From positions 64,001 to 128,000 of the forward strand of contig PXUB01000001.1 in NCBI GenBank assembly GCA_003009755.1: 64,000 nucleotides of DNA. Direction: 5' to 3'. This DNA is from Thermoplasmatales archaeon SW_10_69_26 (GTDB lineage: Archaea > Thermoplasmatota > SW-10-69-26). A program made the position numbers and the translations under genes. Positions 39,098 to 48,989 of this stretch are shown here, piece after piece. The notes below the pieces were generated by a model, which was not told where the DNA came from, searched no databases, and saw only the letters and a program-made list of their open reading frames with translations. How positions within the stretch are numbered: position 1 is the first letter of the stretch; every line of letters begins with the position of its first letter.

Positions 39098-39586
39098 ATG
39101 GGAGACGACCCCGTGCGCTGCGAGATCGAGAACGTGGTCATGAGCACCCAGGGCCCGGTCGTCCTCCTGACGCCCGAGACGCAACCGAACCGGGTGCTCC
39201 CGATCTTCATCGACCACAGCCAGGCGTTCAACATCCAGACGGCGCTGAAGGGCCAGGTCCCGCCCCGACCGATGACCCACGACCTGATGAACCACGTCCT
39301 CCAGGAGCTGGGCGGGGTCGTCGAGAAGATCGTCGTCGAGGAGCTGACCCAGTCGACCTTCTTCGCCTCCCTGTTCATCGAGGTGGAGACGGACGGCGAG
39401 CAGGACCTGCACAAGTTCGACGCTCGCCCCAGCGACGGGCTGGCCTTGGCCGTGCGCGCCCACGCTCCCATCTACGTGCGCGGCGAGGTGCTCGACGATG
39501 CCACGATCAGCCGGGCCGACATCGAGGGCGAGTCCCTGAAGGTCGAGGAGACCGACGAGGACATCGACCTCGGCGTCGAGCCCTGA
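39098..39586 (+). CDS. bifunctional nuclease family protein (DUF151)
   Basis: LPIFI, PRPMTHDL, DARPSDGLALA. Confidence 0.92.
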   Translation: MGDDPVRCEIENVVMSTQGPVVLLTPETQPNRVLPIFIDHSQAFNIQTALKGQVPPRPMTHDLMNHVLQELGGVVEKIVVEELTQSTFFASLFIEVETDGEQDLHKFDARPSDGLALAVRAHAPIYVRGEVLDDATISRADIEGESLKVEETDEDIDLGVEP

Positions 39587-39669
39587 CCCGATCGCCAACG
39601 GCTCGCGCGCCTCCCCGGCCGCCGTTGGGAACCTTCATTAGGCCCTTCCAAATACTCGGCTGTCCCGTC

Positions 39670-39753
39670 GCCGAGGTCGCCTAGCCTGGTAGGGCGCAGC
39701 ATTGGAAATGCTGTGGGCTTCCACCCACGGGCGTTCAAATCGCCCCCTCGGCG
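39670..39753 (+). tRNA. tRNA-Ser(GGA)
   Basis: Acceptor GCCGAGG/CCTCGGC, anticodon stem CAGCA/TGCTG with GGA, long variable arm, GGGCG TTCAAAT CGCCC. Confidence 0.95.
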
Positions 39754-39820
39754 CTTCTCGCGGCCACGCGCCGCCTCGCCGAACCGAACACCTTATCCGC
39801 GAGCAGCCGATGGTGGGTCG

Positions 39821-40222
39821 ATGGACGGCCGAACGGCCCTCGGCCTCGCCGCGAGCCTCCTCTTCCTGCTCGCCGGATGCGCCAGCAGCCCGGCCAGCTC
39901 GACGGCCGACGAGCGGTTGACCATCGAGCCTATCGCGCCGGAGGACACCGATCTCCGCCTCGACGAGGGCGAGACCGTGACCTTCGTGGCGACGTGCGAT
40001 TCCCCCGGGCCCACCAAGAACGTGGTCGTCGAGTGGGAGCACGCGATCCGCGACGAGCGCGTCGCGGAGGACAAGCAGGATCTCACGACTTCCGCCAACG
40101 AGAGCGCGTTCACCGTCAGCTTCGAGGAGACCGCCGACCAGCTCGTGACCGCCGTCTGCACGACCGACGACGACCGGACGCAGCCCCGCGTCTGGAACGT
40201 GACCGTGCGCGCGGACGGCTAA
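39821..40222 (+). CDS. hypothetical lipoprotein
   Basis: LLAGC lipobox. Confidence 0.7.
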   Translation: MDGRTALGLAASLLFLLAGCASSPASSTADERLTIEPIAPEDTDLRLDEGETVTFVATCDSPGPTKNVVVEWEHAIRDERVAEDKQDLTTSANESAFTVSFEETADQLVTAVCTTDDDRTQPRVWNVTVRADG

Positions 40223-40258
40223 CCCACGACGCAACGGCACCGCCCGAGACCGAATCCG

Positions 40259-40576
40259 TCAGCTGCCCGTCAGATGCAGGCCCACGATCCCCACGAGGAT
40301 CGTCGCGATGAAGCCCAACCGGGCCAAGCCGGGCGGCTCGTCGAAGAGCACGATGCCGACGAGCGCGGTCCCGACGGCGCCGATCCCGGTCCACACCGCG
40401 TAGGCGGTGCCGAGCGGGATGCGTTCGACCGCTTGCGCGAGCAGGACCATGCTCACCGCGAGCGCGGCCAGGGTCGCGATCGACGAGACCAGCCGCGAGA
40501 ACCCCTCCGAGTACTTCAGACCGACCGCCCAGCCGACCTCGAACAGGCCGGCGACGATCAACCGCGCCCAGGCCAA
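40259..40576 (-). CDS. sugE: SMR-family exporter (SugE/Gdx-like)
   Basis: MAW..L..AGLFEVGWAVGLKYSEGF, PLGTAYAVWTGIG. Confidence 0.88.
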   Translation of the reverse strand: MAWARLIVAGLFEVGWAVGLKYSEGFSRLVSSIATLAALAVSMVLLAQAVERIPLGTAYAVWTGIGAVGTALVGIVLFDEPPGLARLGFIATILVGIVGLHLTGS

Positions 40577-40701
40577 CGGACCACCTCACGAGAACCGAGC
40601 ATCGTCCCACCGACGGCGGAGCCCGCTTAAAGGGGTCGGCCCCGGCGGGCGCGACGGTGCCCAACGCCAGGTTCTTGCCGGGACGCCGGGCACGCACGAG
40701 C

Positions 40702-41031
40702 ATGCCCTACCGCTTCGTCCGCGCCGAGCCCAAGCCGGAGGAGCTGGCCGAGCTCAAACGCCGGCTCGACCAGAAGGAGATCGAAGCGATCCGCCCGTTC
40801 GGCCCCGCGATGACCAAGTCCCTCGAGCAGGCCCGCCTGGACCCGGAGACCGGCGAGGCGGTCTGGGTGGAGGAAGACCACTGCACGCCGCCGCTGGCCA
40901 CGGAACGCGAGATCCTCGAGGACTACTTCCAGCAGATCACCGTGGAAGAGGAGGACGTCGACCGGGCCGGCGGCTGGCGACGCATCGAGGAGCTGCCGTC
41001 GATGTGGGTCGAGATGGGGGTGGAAGGGTGA
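40702..41031 (+). CDS. hypothetical protein
   Basis: Acidic ORF with typical codon usage (RPFG, WVEEDHCTPPLA). Confidence 0.7.
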   Translation: MPYRFVRAEPKPEELAELKRRLDQKEIEAIRPFGPAMTKSLEQARLDPETGEAVWVEEDHCTPPLATEREILEDYFQQITVEEEDVDRAGGWRRIEELPSMWVEMGVEG

Positions 41032-41046
41032 GCGCGAGCCCTCGCC

Positions 41047-41919
41047 CTAGCGTCGGTCTCCACGGCCTCGTCCCGCGATCCACGCTGCGACCGGGAGCGC
41101 GATCGGCGCGACAGACGTGATGGGAACGCTCGCTAGGCCTCCTGCATCCCCGTTCCCGTCGTCGGCCTCCTCGACGCCGCCGCCGTGGTGGTCCCCCTCG
41201 GCCCCGTGGTCGTGATCGTGGCCGTCCCCGCCCGAGCTCGGGCTGGTTCCCCCCAGCGACAGCTCGGCGTCCTCGACCTGGGCGACGATCGCTTCCCGAC
41301 CCTCCGGTGTGCCGAAGGCGTGTTCGCTCACCCGGATGGCCGCGTCTGCGGTGTCCGCCCGGGGCTGCACCGATAGCGTCGCCAGGTGCGTCCCGCCGAA
41401 GGCCTTCGTTCCGTTCGACGCGAGCGTGATCTCCCCCTCGTCCCGTTCGACGCTCGCGTTGGCCTCGGCCCACACCGTCTCGACGTCGGTCACGTTTACC
41501 TTGGTGGCGTTGAAGCGGAGGACGACACGGTAGCGATCGATGCCTTCGAGGCCCATGTTGGTCAACCCGACGGGCACCTCCTCGGTGCCTGCGCCATCCC
41601 ACTCGGTGTCGCGCACGGTGAACCGGAGCCCGTATCCGATCTTCGCGCTCTTATGCATCTCCGTCACCGCGTCCTCGATCGCGCCTCCGAGGTCGTCGGC
41701 GGTCCCGTTCTCGAGGGTTCGGAGGACGGTCGCGAAGGCGCGGTCGGTCGGGCGGGTTCCCCGGTCGCCGTGGCGCAGGAAGTTCACCCGGTGGTTCCGG
41801 TGGTGCTGTTCGGTGTCCTCGAGCAGCTTCTCGGACCTGTCGGGCTCGGTGTCCATCGTCCGCAGCGCGATGAACAGCGGGCTCTCGATCGAGGCGACGA
41901 TCCCGCTCACAGCACTCAC
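41047..41919 (-). CDS. hypothetical surface protein with His-rich linker and C-terminal anchor
   Basis: GHDHDHG..GDHHG linker then hydrophobic segment + Arg-rich tail; 5' end may be frameshifted. Confidence 0.55.
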   Translation of the reverse strand: MSAVSGIVASIESPLFIALRTMDTEPDRSEKLLEDTEQHHRNHRVNFLRHGDRGTRPTDRAFATVLRTLENGTADDLGGAIEDAVTEMHKSAKIGYGLRFTVRDTEWDGAGTEEVPVGLTNMGLEGIDRYRVVLRFNATKVNVTDVETVWAEANASVERDEGEITLASNGTKAFGGTHLATLSVQPRADTADAAIRVSEHAFGTPEGREAIVAQVEDAELSLGGTSPSSGGDGHDHDHGAEGDHHGGGVEEADDGNGDAGGLASVPITSVAPIALPVAAWIAGRGRGDRR

Positions 41920-42087
41920 CGCCCAGCGACGCGGACGGATTCACGGCCTTCGTCACCCCTCCACAACGACGGCGGCGACCGCCAGCAGGCCGAGATCGAC
42001 TGCCTCGGGTGCCTTTGAGCACTCGCGGGGCGACCAGCCCTCGAAGCCTAAAGACCAAGGAGGCCCAGCCGAACCGGGAGGCCGAGC

Positions 42088-43569
42088 ATGGACGTCGAAG
42101 CCGCGCTGGCCGTGGCCTTGGCCCTGGCCGCGGTCCCCGCCCTCGCCCTCCCCGGCGGCGCTGCCGAGCAAGGGGTCGACGCGTCCGCGGACGTCCCACC
42201 CCAACCCCACGGGCCGATCCAGGGGGACGCCGAGTTCGAGCTCCCCACCGCCGTCAACGGGGTCCGCTCCGGCAGCGGGACCGCCGAGGATCCCTACGTG
42301 ATCAGCGACTGGGTGATCGCGCCGTCGACGACGTTCGCGATCCGCATCTTCGACACGGACGCGCACGTTCGCATCGACACGATCCTCGTCCGCGGACAGG
42401 GCTGCCCGACCGACTCCGGAGCCACGTGCGACCTGACGGGGCTGGACCTCCGGGGAGCCGACAACGTCACCGTCGAGGACGTGCGCGTGCTGGGGGCCGG
42501 GCGCGGCCTGCACGCGACCGACGTCGAGCACCTGACGATCCGACGCTCGGCCTTCGGTCTCGCGACGGAGACGCCGTTCGTCGTCACGAGCGAGGGCCTC
42601 GACATCCACTTCAGCCGGGACGTCGAGGTGGCGAACGTGACGAGCGTGGCGGTCTTCCCGCTCGTCCTCACGCGCTCCGAGAACGCCACGTTCCACGATG
42701 TGACGCTGCTCGGCGATCCCGCGGCGGCCGAGTCGCTGGCCACCACGTTCGATCCCGCCGTCACCGGGGACGACGCCCGCAACGTGTCCTTCGTCCGGAC
42801 GGACGTGGTCGACGTCAACGCGTTCCTCGGCGGCGAGCGGGGCGACACCGAGTTCGTCCACAGCCGCTTCCTCCGCGGAGCCGGCCACGGCTTCAGCGAG
42901 GGATCCAACGACGCTACCTTCGATTCCCTGTTCGTGTGCGGCTCGACGTTCCGCGACGTCCCCGACGAGGCGCTCGACGTCTCGGACGTCGAGAACCTGA
43001 CGATCGAGGGCAACGTGTTCACGAACAACACCGACGCCGTCACCACGAGCCTCGCGGACGAGAACGTGACCGTCGTCAGGAACCGGGTGGAGAACCAGTC
43101 GAGCACCGGGTTGGCGATCGGCGGTCACGACATCACGGTCCACAACAACTCGCTCGCGAACAACGGGGGGCGTGGGTTCCTCGAAGGTCACGACCTCTCC
43201 CCGACCGACGCCGACAACCCCACGGACGCGCGGTTCAACTGGTGGGGCCACGAGGACGGCCCGAACGTGACCGTGTCCGGCAGCGACGAGATCCTCAACC
43301 CGAGCCCCGGCGACCAGCTCGTCGTCGACGCGGTGGACGAGGTCGACTGGAGCGACTGGCTGAGCCAGCCCCCCGAGGTGGGGCCCGACGCCGTCGACTG
43401 CGGCGTCCCCGCGGGCGAGCCCGGCGCCGATCGCGGACCCGACCTGGACGTCGCCTTCCAGGCGGAGCTCGCGATCGAGGTCACGGTCGACGAACAGCTC
43501 GGCCCCACGCACGTCCGAGCCGAAGCCGAGGCCGTCGGCGAGACGGCTCTCGACGCCGACGCAGGCTAG
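42088..43569 (+). CDS. secreted beta-helix protein, paralog 3
   Basis: Signal peptide; GSGTAEDPYVISDW and DARFNWWG..DGP shared with paralogs 1 and 2. Confidence 0.85.
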   Translation: MDVEAALAVALALAAVPALALPGGAAEQGVDASADVPPQPHGPIQGDAEFELPTAVNGVRSGSGTAEDPYVISDWVIAPSTTFAIRIFDTDAHVRIDTILVRGQGCPTDSGATCDLTGLDLRGADNVTVEDVRVLGAGRGLHATDVEHLTIRRSAFGLATETPFVVTSEGLDIHFSRDVEVANVTSVAVFPLVLTRSENATFHDVTLLGDPAAAESLATTFDPAVTGDDARNVSFVRTDVVDVNAFLGGERGDTEFVHSRFLRGAGHGFSEGSNDATFDSLFVCGSTFRDVPDEALDVSDVENLTIEGNVFTNNTDAVTTSLADENVTVVRNRVENQSSTGLAIGGHDITVHNNSLANNGGRGFLEGHDLSPTDADNPTDARFNWWGHEDGPNVTVSGSDEILNPSPGDQLVVDAVDEVDWSDWLSQPPEVGPDAVDCGVPAGEPGADRGPDLDVAFQAELAIEVTVDEQLGPTHVRAEAEAVGETALDADAG

Positions 43570-43599
43570 GCCGCTCGCGGCGGGGGACCGGGCGAGCGC

Positions 43600-43716
43600 T
43601 GGGAACCTCGGGATGCAGAGGTCCGAGGCATCGATGCAGAACGAGGACCTCTGCCAACGACGGGAACACGAGGCCTGCAGATACCGTGGAAAGAGGCCGA
43701 GTGGTCCCGTCGGGAC
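43600..43716. repeat. 102 bp tRNA-Glu 3'-end-bounded unit (att-like), distal copy
   Basis: Near-identical to 50140-50256 and similar to 50467-50581; ends in TGGTCCCGTCGGGA. Confidence 0.85.
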
Positions 43717-43994
43717 TTAGACCCTCTCGAGGAAATCGGGGCGAGCCAGATTCTGAGGCTCGTGGCTCGGAATGCAGGGTTCTCGCTAGCGCCCTCGCGG
43801 GCGCCTCCCTCTTCTTTTTCTCTTTCACTCCCCAGCCGCGAGGCTCGCCAGCTGCGCGACCAGCTGATCGAGGCGGCCGAGGACCCGCACCTGGAGGCCC
43901 TCGACGTCGAACCGGGGTGGCTGATCGCGTTCGCCGCCCACCTGACGGCTCACCTGGAGGGGTGGATATCACGGTGACTCCTCCTTCCGCGGGG

Positions 43995-44369
43995 TCACTC
44001 GAGCATCGCCGCGATGCGGTCCACGAACCCCCGAGCGTCCTCGAGGACGCCGCGGGCCTCGTCCTTCGAGATCCCCGGCTCGGGCTCGTAGTCGCTGACC
44101 TGACGCTTCTGCATCGTCGTCGACAGCAACCGGCCCATCTCGCCGGGCAGCGGTCCGTCCTGCACGAACCGCTTGCCGAACTCGGTGATGACCCCGCGAT
44201 GGGTGGAGGCGTCGACGCCTTCCTCGAGGAGAGCCGCCTCGGCGACGAAGAACATCGCGTAGTAGGCACGCGAGACGCAGGACTCGGGGTCCCCGTTGTC
44301 CAAGAGCAAACCGGCGCTGTCCAGGTAACGACCCGCGCGATCGAGCAGGGCCTCGACCTCGCCGGTCAT
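43995..44369 (-). CDS. HEPN domain protein
   Basis: SRAYYAMF, THRGVI..FG, RQVSDY. Confidence 0.9.
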   Translation of the reverse strand: MTGEVEALLDRAGRYLDSAGLLLDNGDPESCVSRAYYAMFFVAEAALLEEGVDASTHRGVITEFGKRFVQDGPLPGEMGRLLSTTMQKRQVSDYEPEPGISKDEARGVLEDARGFVDRIAAMLE

Positions 44370-44686
44370 GCGGGCACGCCCTCGCGGCGGACGTTGCGAA
44401 GTAGGGGGCTGTTGCCTTGCTCGAAGTCCGGCTTGGCTACGGGGACGACGGACAGGAGCACCTCGTGCTCCATGTCGATCTGCCAGGTGAGCTCGCCCAT
44501 CCGGTCGATCTCCTCGAACCGGTCGACCGGGCCCTCGAGGACGACCATCAGGTCCACGTCCGAGGCGTCGGTCGCCTCGCCGCGGGCTTGCGAGCCGAAG
44601 AGGAGCACCTGGTGCAGGCGGTCGCCGTACAGCTCCTGGGCCCTCTGCTTGAAGGCCTCGACGGCCGATCGGGTCGCCTCGTCCAC
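44366..44686 (-). CDS. minimal nucleotidyltransferase (MNT)
   Basis: LFGSQARGEA...SDVDLMVV; overlaps the HEPN start. Confidence 0.9.
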   Translation of the reverse strand: MDEATRSAVEAFKQRAQELYGDRLHQVLLFGSQARGEATDASDVDLMVVLEGPVDRFEEIDRMGELTWQIDMEHEVLLSVVPVAKPDFEQGNSPLLRNVRREGVPA

Positions 44687-44749
44687 GGCAGGCCCTGGTA
44701 GGCGCTCTACGTCCTTTAGGTTCTCGCTTCCGGCCGCCCGCTGAGCACC

Positions 44750-44846
44750 GTCAACCTCCAGTGAACACCATGTCAACCCGCCCGCGCCTCCTGGATCAGC
44801 CCCTTGCCGTTGACGAGGTTGACACCAACGTCGACCCGGCGTTGAC
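44750..44846. promoter_or_regulatory. phased GTYRAC box cluster (operator/iteron-like)
   Basis: GTCAAC/GTGAAC/GTCAAC at 44750, 44761, 44772; GTTGAC/GTCGAC at 44809, 44818, 44830, 44841. Confidence 0.5.
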
Positions 44847-44867
44847 ATCGCCCCGGGAGGGAATCCT

Positions 44868-45685
44868 GTGAGCTCGGTTTCCGAGCTGACCGACGCCCAG
44901 CAGCGGGTCATCGAGCGCCTCTACGAGGGCAAGTACGCGGCCGCGATCGCCGACGAGGTCAACGTCACCCGGCAGGCGGTCAGCAAGCACGTTCGCAAGC
45001 TCGAGGAGAAGGGGCTGATCACCGAGCACGCGGGCGAGACCGCCTTCTACCGCCGCTCGCTCGGACAGGGCACCTCGTTCAAGATCTACGGCCTCACCGA
45101 CGCCGGCCTCCAGGCCCTCCGCGAGGCCCAGGGCCTGGGGCCAGGGGAGACGCCGCGGACGCCGTCAACGGGGTTGACGGAGCCTCCACCGGGGCAGTAT
45201 GAGGACGTCAACGAGCCAGCCGTCCACAACGCGCCAGCCGAGCGTGGGCCGCGGGTCGAGGTGCACAACTATCGAAGTCAAGATCCCGATCGAGGACGAC
45301 CAAGCCAAGCTCTGGCTACCCAACGAAGCCGAGCTCAACAACTGGACCCGCCGCTGGGACGAGAACGTCCACGGCGTCTTCCTCGAAGCCACCACCCGAC
45401 ACCTGCTGCGCGCCGGCGCCGAGGCCCGCTCGGTCGAGATCGCCGAGGGGCTGGTGCTCCGGAAGCTCGTCAAAGCGATCGAGCTGCTCGAGGACGCCTA
45501 CGGGCTCGAGTTGGGCGCGCCCGAGTTCCGCTGCACCTACGAGCCCGGCAAGGGCAAGGTCGGTGTCACCGGCCACCCGCTGGCCGAAGGCCGCGGCCAC
45601 GACGAAGGGGGGCTGGCGACGATCGACGACACGCCCGAGCCCGACACGATCCACGCGACCGACGACCCGGCGGACGTCGACCACG
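44868..45685 (+). pseudogene. winged-helix protein of mobile-element type, frameshifted (~45270) and 3'-truncated
   Basis: IADEVNVTRQAVSKHVRKLEEKGLI HTH; continues EVHNY / EVKIPIEDD in another frame. Confidence 0.6.
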
Positions 45686-45870
45686 TCGTGGCAGTCAACA
45701 TCGTCGGGCCCGTCCGCGCACCCCCACCAGTTGTGCCGCGCGTCGACGGTCGTGTCGGTGTTCTCGACCTCGAGCCCAATCCCGCCGGTGTCCTCGAAGT
45801 TCGTCTGCCGCACGGTCACGTTCTGGGTCAGCTCGACGTGCATGCCGGCGTCGGTGTAGTTGGTCACGTC
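45680..45870 (-). pseudogene. C-terminal fragment of a fourth beta-helix gene
   Basis: NVTVRQTNFED..GIGLEVEN....VDARHNWWGCADGPDD. Confidence 0.65.
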
Positions 45871-46035
45871 GTTGTGCTGCCAGGTGGGGTCGTTGCGCTT
45901 GTAGCGTCCAAGCCGATGTCGGCGCTCAGGCCGACGGCAATATCCCTAAGCCGGTCTGTATCCCTGGGGGTCACGCCGAGCTCGGGTTCACCTGGACGGC
46001 TGGGTGACGGGGAGGTCTATCGCCTCCGCTCGCCG

Positions 46036-46590
46036 TCAGAGCCGGCTTCTCCCAAGAAGCGCCCCAACGAAGGCGACGATAAGGAGGAGAGACCCCGGTG
46101 CAGGCGATGCTTTCTCCCCCTCTGGGAACTCGCCACCGTCACCGATCGAACCTTTGTCGTTCTCTTCGTATGGGGGCGTACCCTCGCTGCGGTTGTACTG
46201 GGGGACAGTAAGGCTCCCCTCTTCGCCTCGATCCCGATGGTCTCCCTCGTCACACCAGAACACGTATTCCCCTGGCTGCTCGAGGTGAACCGTCATGGCT
46301 GCCTCCTCGCCCGGCGGGACGGCATCCCCATCCCCGCTCACGCAGTTGATTGTACCGTTGATCTCCATGCAGAGGTCGTGACCGACGGAGCCCTGGTCGT
46401 TGTCTAGGAGGACCGTCACGTTCCCCTTACCCACCTTCTCGCCAGGAGGGTTGAAGCAGTAGGTGTCCCCATCCGGGCAGCCCTCCTCGCGAACCTCGAA
46501 GGCCTGTGTCTCCTCCGCCAGAAGTGACGGGGACGCGAGCGACGCCATCAGAAGGGCGGAGAGGATCACCCGCGTCGTGTCGCCAGCCAT
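46036..46590 (-). CDS. secreted cupredoxin-domain protein with C-terminal anchor
   Basis: GHDL, PGEYVFWCD.GDHR..G..G.LTV; SPAPG + TM helix. Confidence 0.75.
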   Translation of the reverse strand: MAGDTTRVILSALLMASLASPSLLAEETQAFEVREEGCPDGDTYCFNPPGEKVGKGNVTVLLDNDQGSVGHDLCMEINGTINCVSGDGDAVPPGEEAAMTVHLEQPGEYVFWCDEGDHRDRGEEGSLTVPQYNRSEGTPPYEENDKGSIGDGGEFPEGEKASPAPGSLLLIVAFVGALLGRSRL

Positions 46591-46741
46591 GAGCAATGCT
46601 ACCCGATGACGACGGAAAAGACGTGGGGAAGGATACGGCCTCTACCGACCAGATTTGAATGTCCTCGAAGTTTCTCTACAATCGATTCTGGTATTCTGTA
46701 CAAGGAAGGTCAAGGGTCCAGGCGCAATTTTTTCCCTCCTT

Positions 46742-48181
46742 ATGGAAAGGAACAATCGAGCAGAGACCGTCCGAGGAACCGTAGGCCTGGCGTTTGTGAT
46801 CCTGCTTGCAGGGGTCGGCCCCTCGGCGATCGCCACCGGGGCTGTCGACCAGATCGATGAACGGTGCCCAGAGACCATCGGAGAAAGCGGTCCGGACCCA
46901 GTATCACGCTGCTCGGCCGAGGACAAGGTGATCTCCGACCGATGCATGCATATCGCCATGGAGGGGGCACAGCTTGACGCAGCCGTTGACTGTGGCGGGT
47001 TCCCGCCGGGAGAAAGCGACCCCTGCGTCAGGGTAGAGGAGGGCCCGCCACCGAGCGTGGCCGTGAACACGGACCTCGGGGCCAACGGGACGGACGCCGC
47101 CAACGTCACCGACAACAGTTCAGTCCAAGCGGGGTCTGGAGGAGCCGGCGGAGATGTTCTCCTGGATCTCGCGGATCCCCACGTCATCCTCATCACCGAC
47201 ACAGCCCAAGTGGCGACGGGGTCAGGCGGCGCCGGTGGCGATGTCAATGTGACTCGCGAGAACCGTACCACGGATACGATCAACGGAACGGCAGGACCCG
47301 GTGGCGACGGAGGGAAATTGGGGATTCTCGCCGAGGCTAACATCAACGGGAATCTCTCAGTCGGCGATGGGGGCGACGGAGGCTCGGCCTACGTGGAACA
47401 CGTCGATGGTCCCTCCGTCAGTCACGGCGGAGACGGCGGTCGACCGGGTCTCCTAGGTCTCCCGACGGCCTACGACGCCGAGAGCCTCCACGAAGCTGGA
47501 CAGCTGGAGGGAGCCAACTCTGGCGACGGCGGCGGAGCCTCCTCGACCTCCCTTTGTGCTCTCGAAACGAATGGTAGTCCTTACTGTGATGGCTCGGGCG
47601 ATACGGATACCAGCACGGACAACGAGGATGGAAGAGACGGGGCGGACGCCAGTGGCCCCGGTAATGCCGGCGGCGACGGCGCAGCCGGCGCCGACGCCTA
47701 CGCCGAGGGTGGTGACGGTGGCCCTAGATGCGTGCTCGTAGATCCCCCAGACCCCTACGAATGCGTTGCCATCACCGGTGGCAACGGCGGCAATGCCATC
47801 GCAGTTGCCGGGGAAGGAGGCCTCGGTGGAAACGGCGGCGACGGTGTGCACAACTCCACCGAGAAAGCGATTCATGGCGGGGACGGTGGAGCAGGCGGTA
47901 CGGGAGGGACGGCCGAGGCTTACGCCGGAAGCGCCGGATGCGCGACGGTCGGTGACCGTTGCGGACAGCCGGGCCATGCGAAGGCCCGGAGCGACGGTGG
48001 GGACGGAGGCATCCCCGGCGGCTCGGGGTGGACCGAAAACCTCTCCCAGACAATCGAAGATAAATGCTCCTCAAACAGCCACGACCTCTGCTGGGAGCCC
48101 ACACGTCCAAAGATGCCTGTGGACACGTCGGCATCGCTGCGAAGGGGGAAATCCAGGGACTATGATTGCCGAGAGCGATGA
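46742..48181 (+). CDS. secreted Gly-rich (PGRS-like GGxGG) Cys-containing protein
   Basis: Signal peptide; repeated GGDGG/GGNGG/GGAGG; possible frameshift near 48120 extending to 48281. Confidence 0.7.
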   Translation: MERNNRAETVRGTVGLAFVILLAGVGPSAIATGAVDQIDERCPETIGESGPDPVSRCSAEDKVISDRCMHIAMEGAQLDAAVDCGGFPPGESDPCVRVEEGPPPSVAVNTDLGANGTDAANVTDNSSVQAGSGGAGGDVLLDLADPHVILITDTAQVATGSGGAGGDVNVTRENRTTDTINGTAGPGGDGGKLGILAEANINGNLSVGDGGDGGSAYVEHVDGPSVSHGGDGGRPGLLGLPTAYDAESLHEAGQLEGANSGDGGGASSTSLCALETNGSPYCDGSGDTDTSTDNEDGRDGADASGPGNAGGDGAAGADAYAEGGDGGPRCVLVDPPDPYECVAITGGNGGNAIAVAGEGGLGGNGGDGVHNSTEKAIHGGDGGAGGTGGTAEAYAGSAGCATVGDRCGQPGHAKARSDGGDGGIPGGSGWTENLSQTIEDKCSSNSHDLCWEPTRPKMPVDTSASLRRGKSRDYDCRER

Positions 48182-48296
48182 TCCGGACAATGAACAGACG
48201 TATCCACGACCGGGGGACGATGGGAGCACTCCATCGTACGATACGGGTTGTGACCACGACAGCCAACATAGCCATATCTGAAGGAGTGCGACAGCC

Positions 48297-48989
48297 ATGA
48301 AACGGAACATCCCGAGAACTGCCATCGTCGGGCTAGGTTCCATTTTGATGCTGACCTTCGCGGCCATACCATCTCTCGCGTCGGACGCTAATCCGCCGGA
48401 CGTGGAGATCGAAGACCGCGTGACCTGGTTCCCTAATGCCCATCACCTTGGCTTCCAAGCCCACGCCGAGGCGTGCGACGAGCGTTCGACTGTACGTCTA
48501 TCTTTGACAATCAAGGAGGTTGGGTCGGCGTCCGAAACCGGGAACTCCCCCTGTTTGGAGGTTTCCGAGACGTTCACCCTCCCCAGCCCGGGAGATCACA
48601 AGGCCAAGGCAGAAGCCCAGGATGATCACGGGAACGAGGCCCGAAATGAAGGAAAAGTGACCTCGAGGATTGTCCCCTTCGATACGGGGTCTGTGCCCGG
48701 TTACCCCCCGCTCGAGGAAATCCGAGAAACGGAGCTCGGTCCGCGTGTCACCATCGAGACGCTGAACGACGCCGGGGGCACAGTGAAGCGCTACGAGGTC
48801 TCTTCGCAGGGGGCCGTCCTGATGAGCACCATGGCCGATGCCGTTCCCGAGGACGGAGACTTCACGACTCGCGCCGTCCTTGACCGTCCTGTTGGATGGG
48901 CCGACGTCCACGTGGACGGTGACGTTACGTGGTCCGGTTTGATTTACCAGTCGTCGGAGGAATGGTGGCATTTCCGCGCTCTCAAGTAA
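48297..48989 (+). CDS. secreted hypothetical protein
   Basis: Signal peptide; GAAGGAG ribosome-binding site. Confidence 0.7.
   Translation: MKRNIPRTAIVGLGSILMLTFAAIPSLASDANPPDVEIEDRVTWFPNAHHLGFQAHAEACDERSTVRLSLTIKEVGSASETGNSPCLEVSETFTLPSPGDHKAKAEAQDDHGNEARNEGKVTSRIVPFDTGSVPGYPPLEEIRETELGPRVTIETLNDAGGTVKRYEVSSQGAVLMSTMADAVPEDGDFTTRAVLDRPVGWADVHVDGDVTWSGLIYQSSEEWWHFRALK

Noticed and set aside
39670-39800. tRNA-end palindromic units at tRNA-Ser(GGA)
   Set aside because: No sense or antisense copies of its ends seen in the flanks, so the pattern is not universal
40577-40650. Guanidine riboswitch upstream of the SugE/Gdx gene
   Set aside because: Only one ACGA without a convincing paired twin-hairpin or ykkC-III pattern
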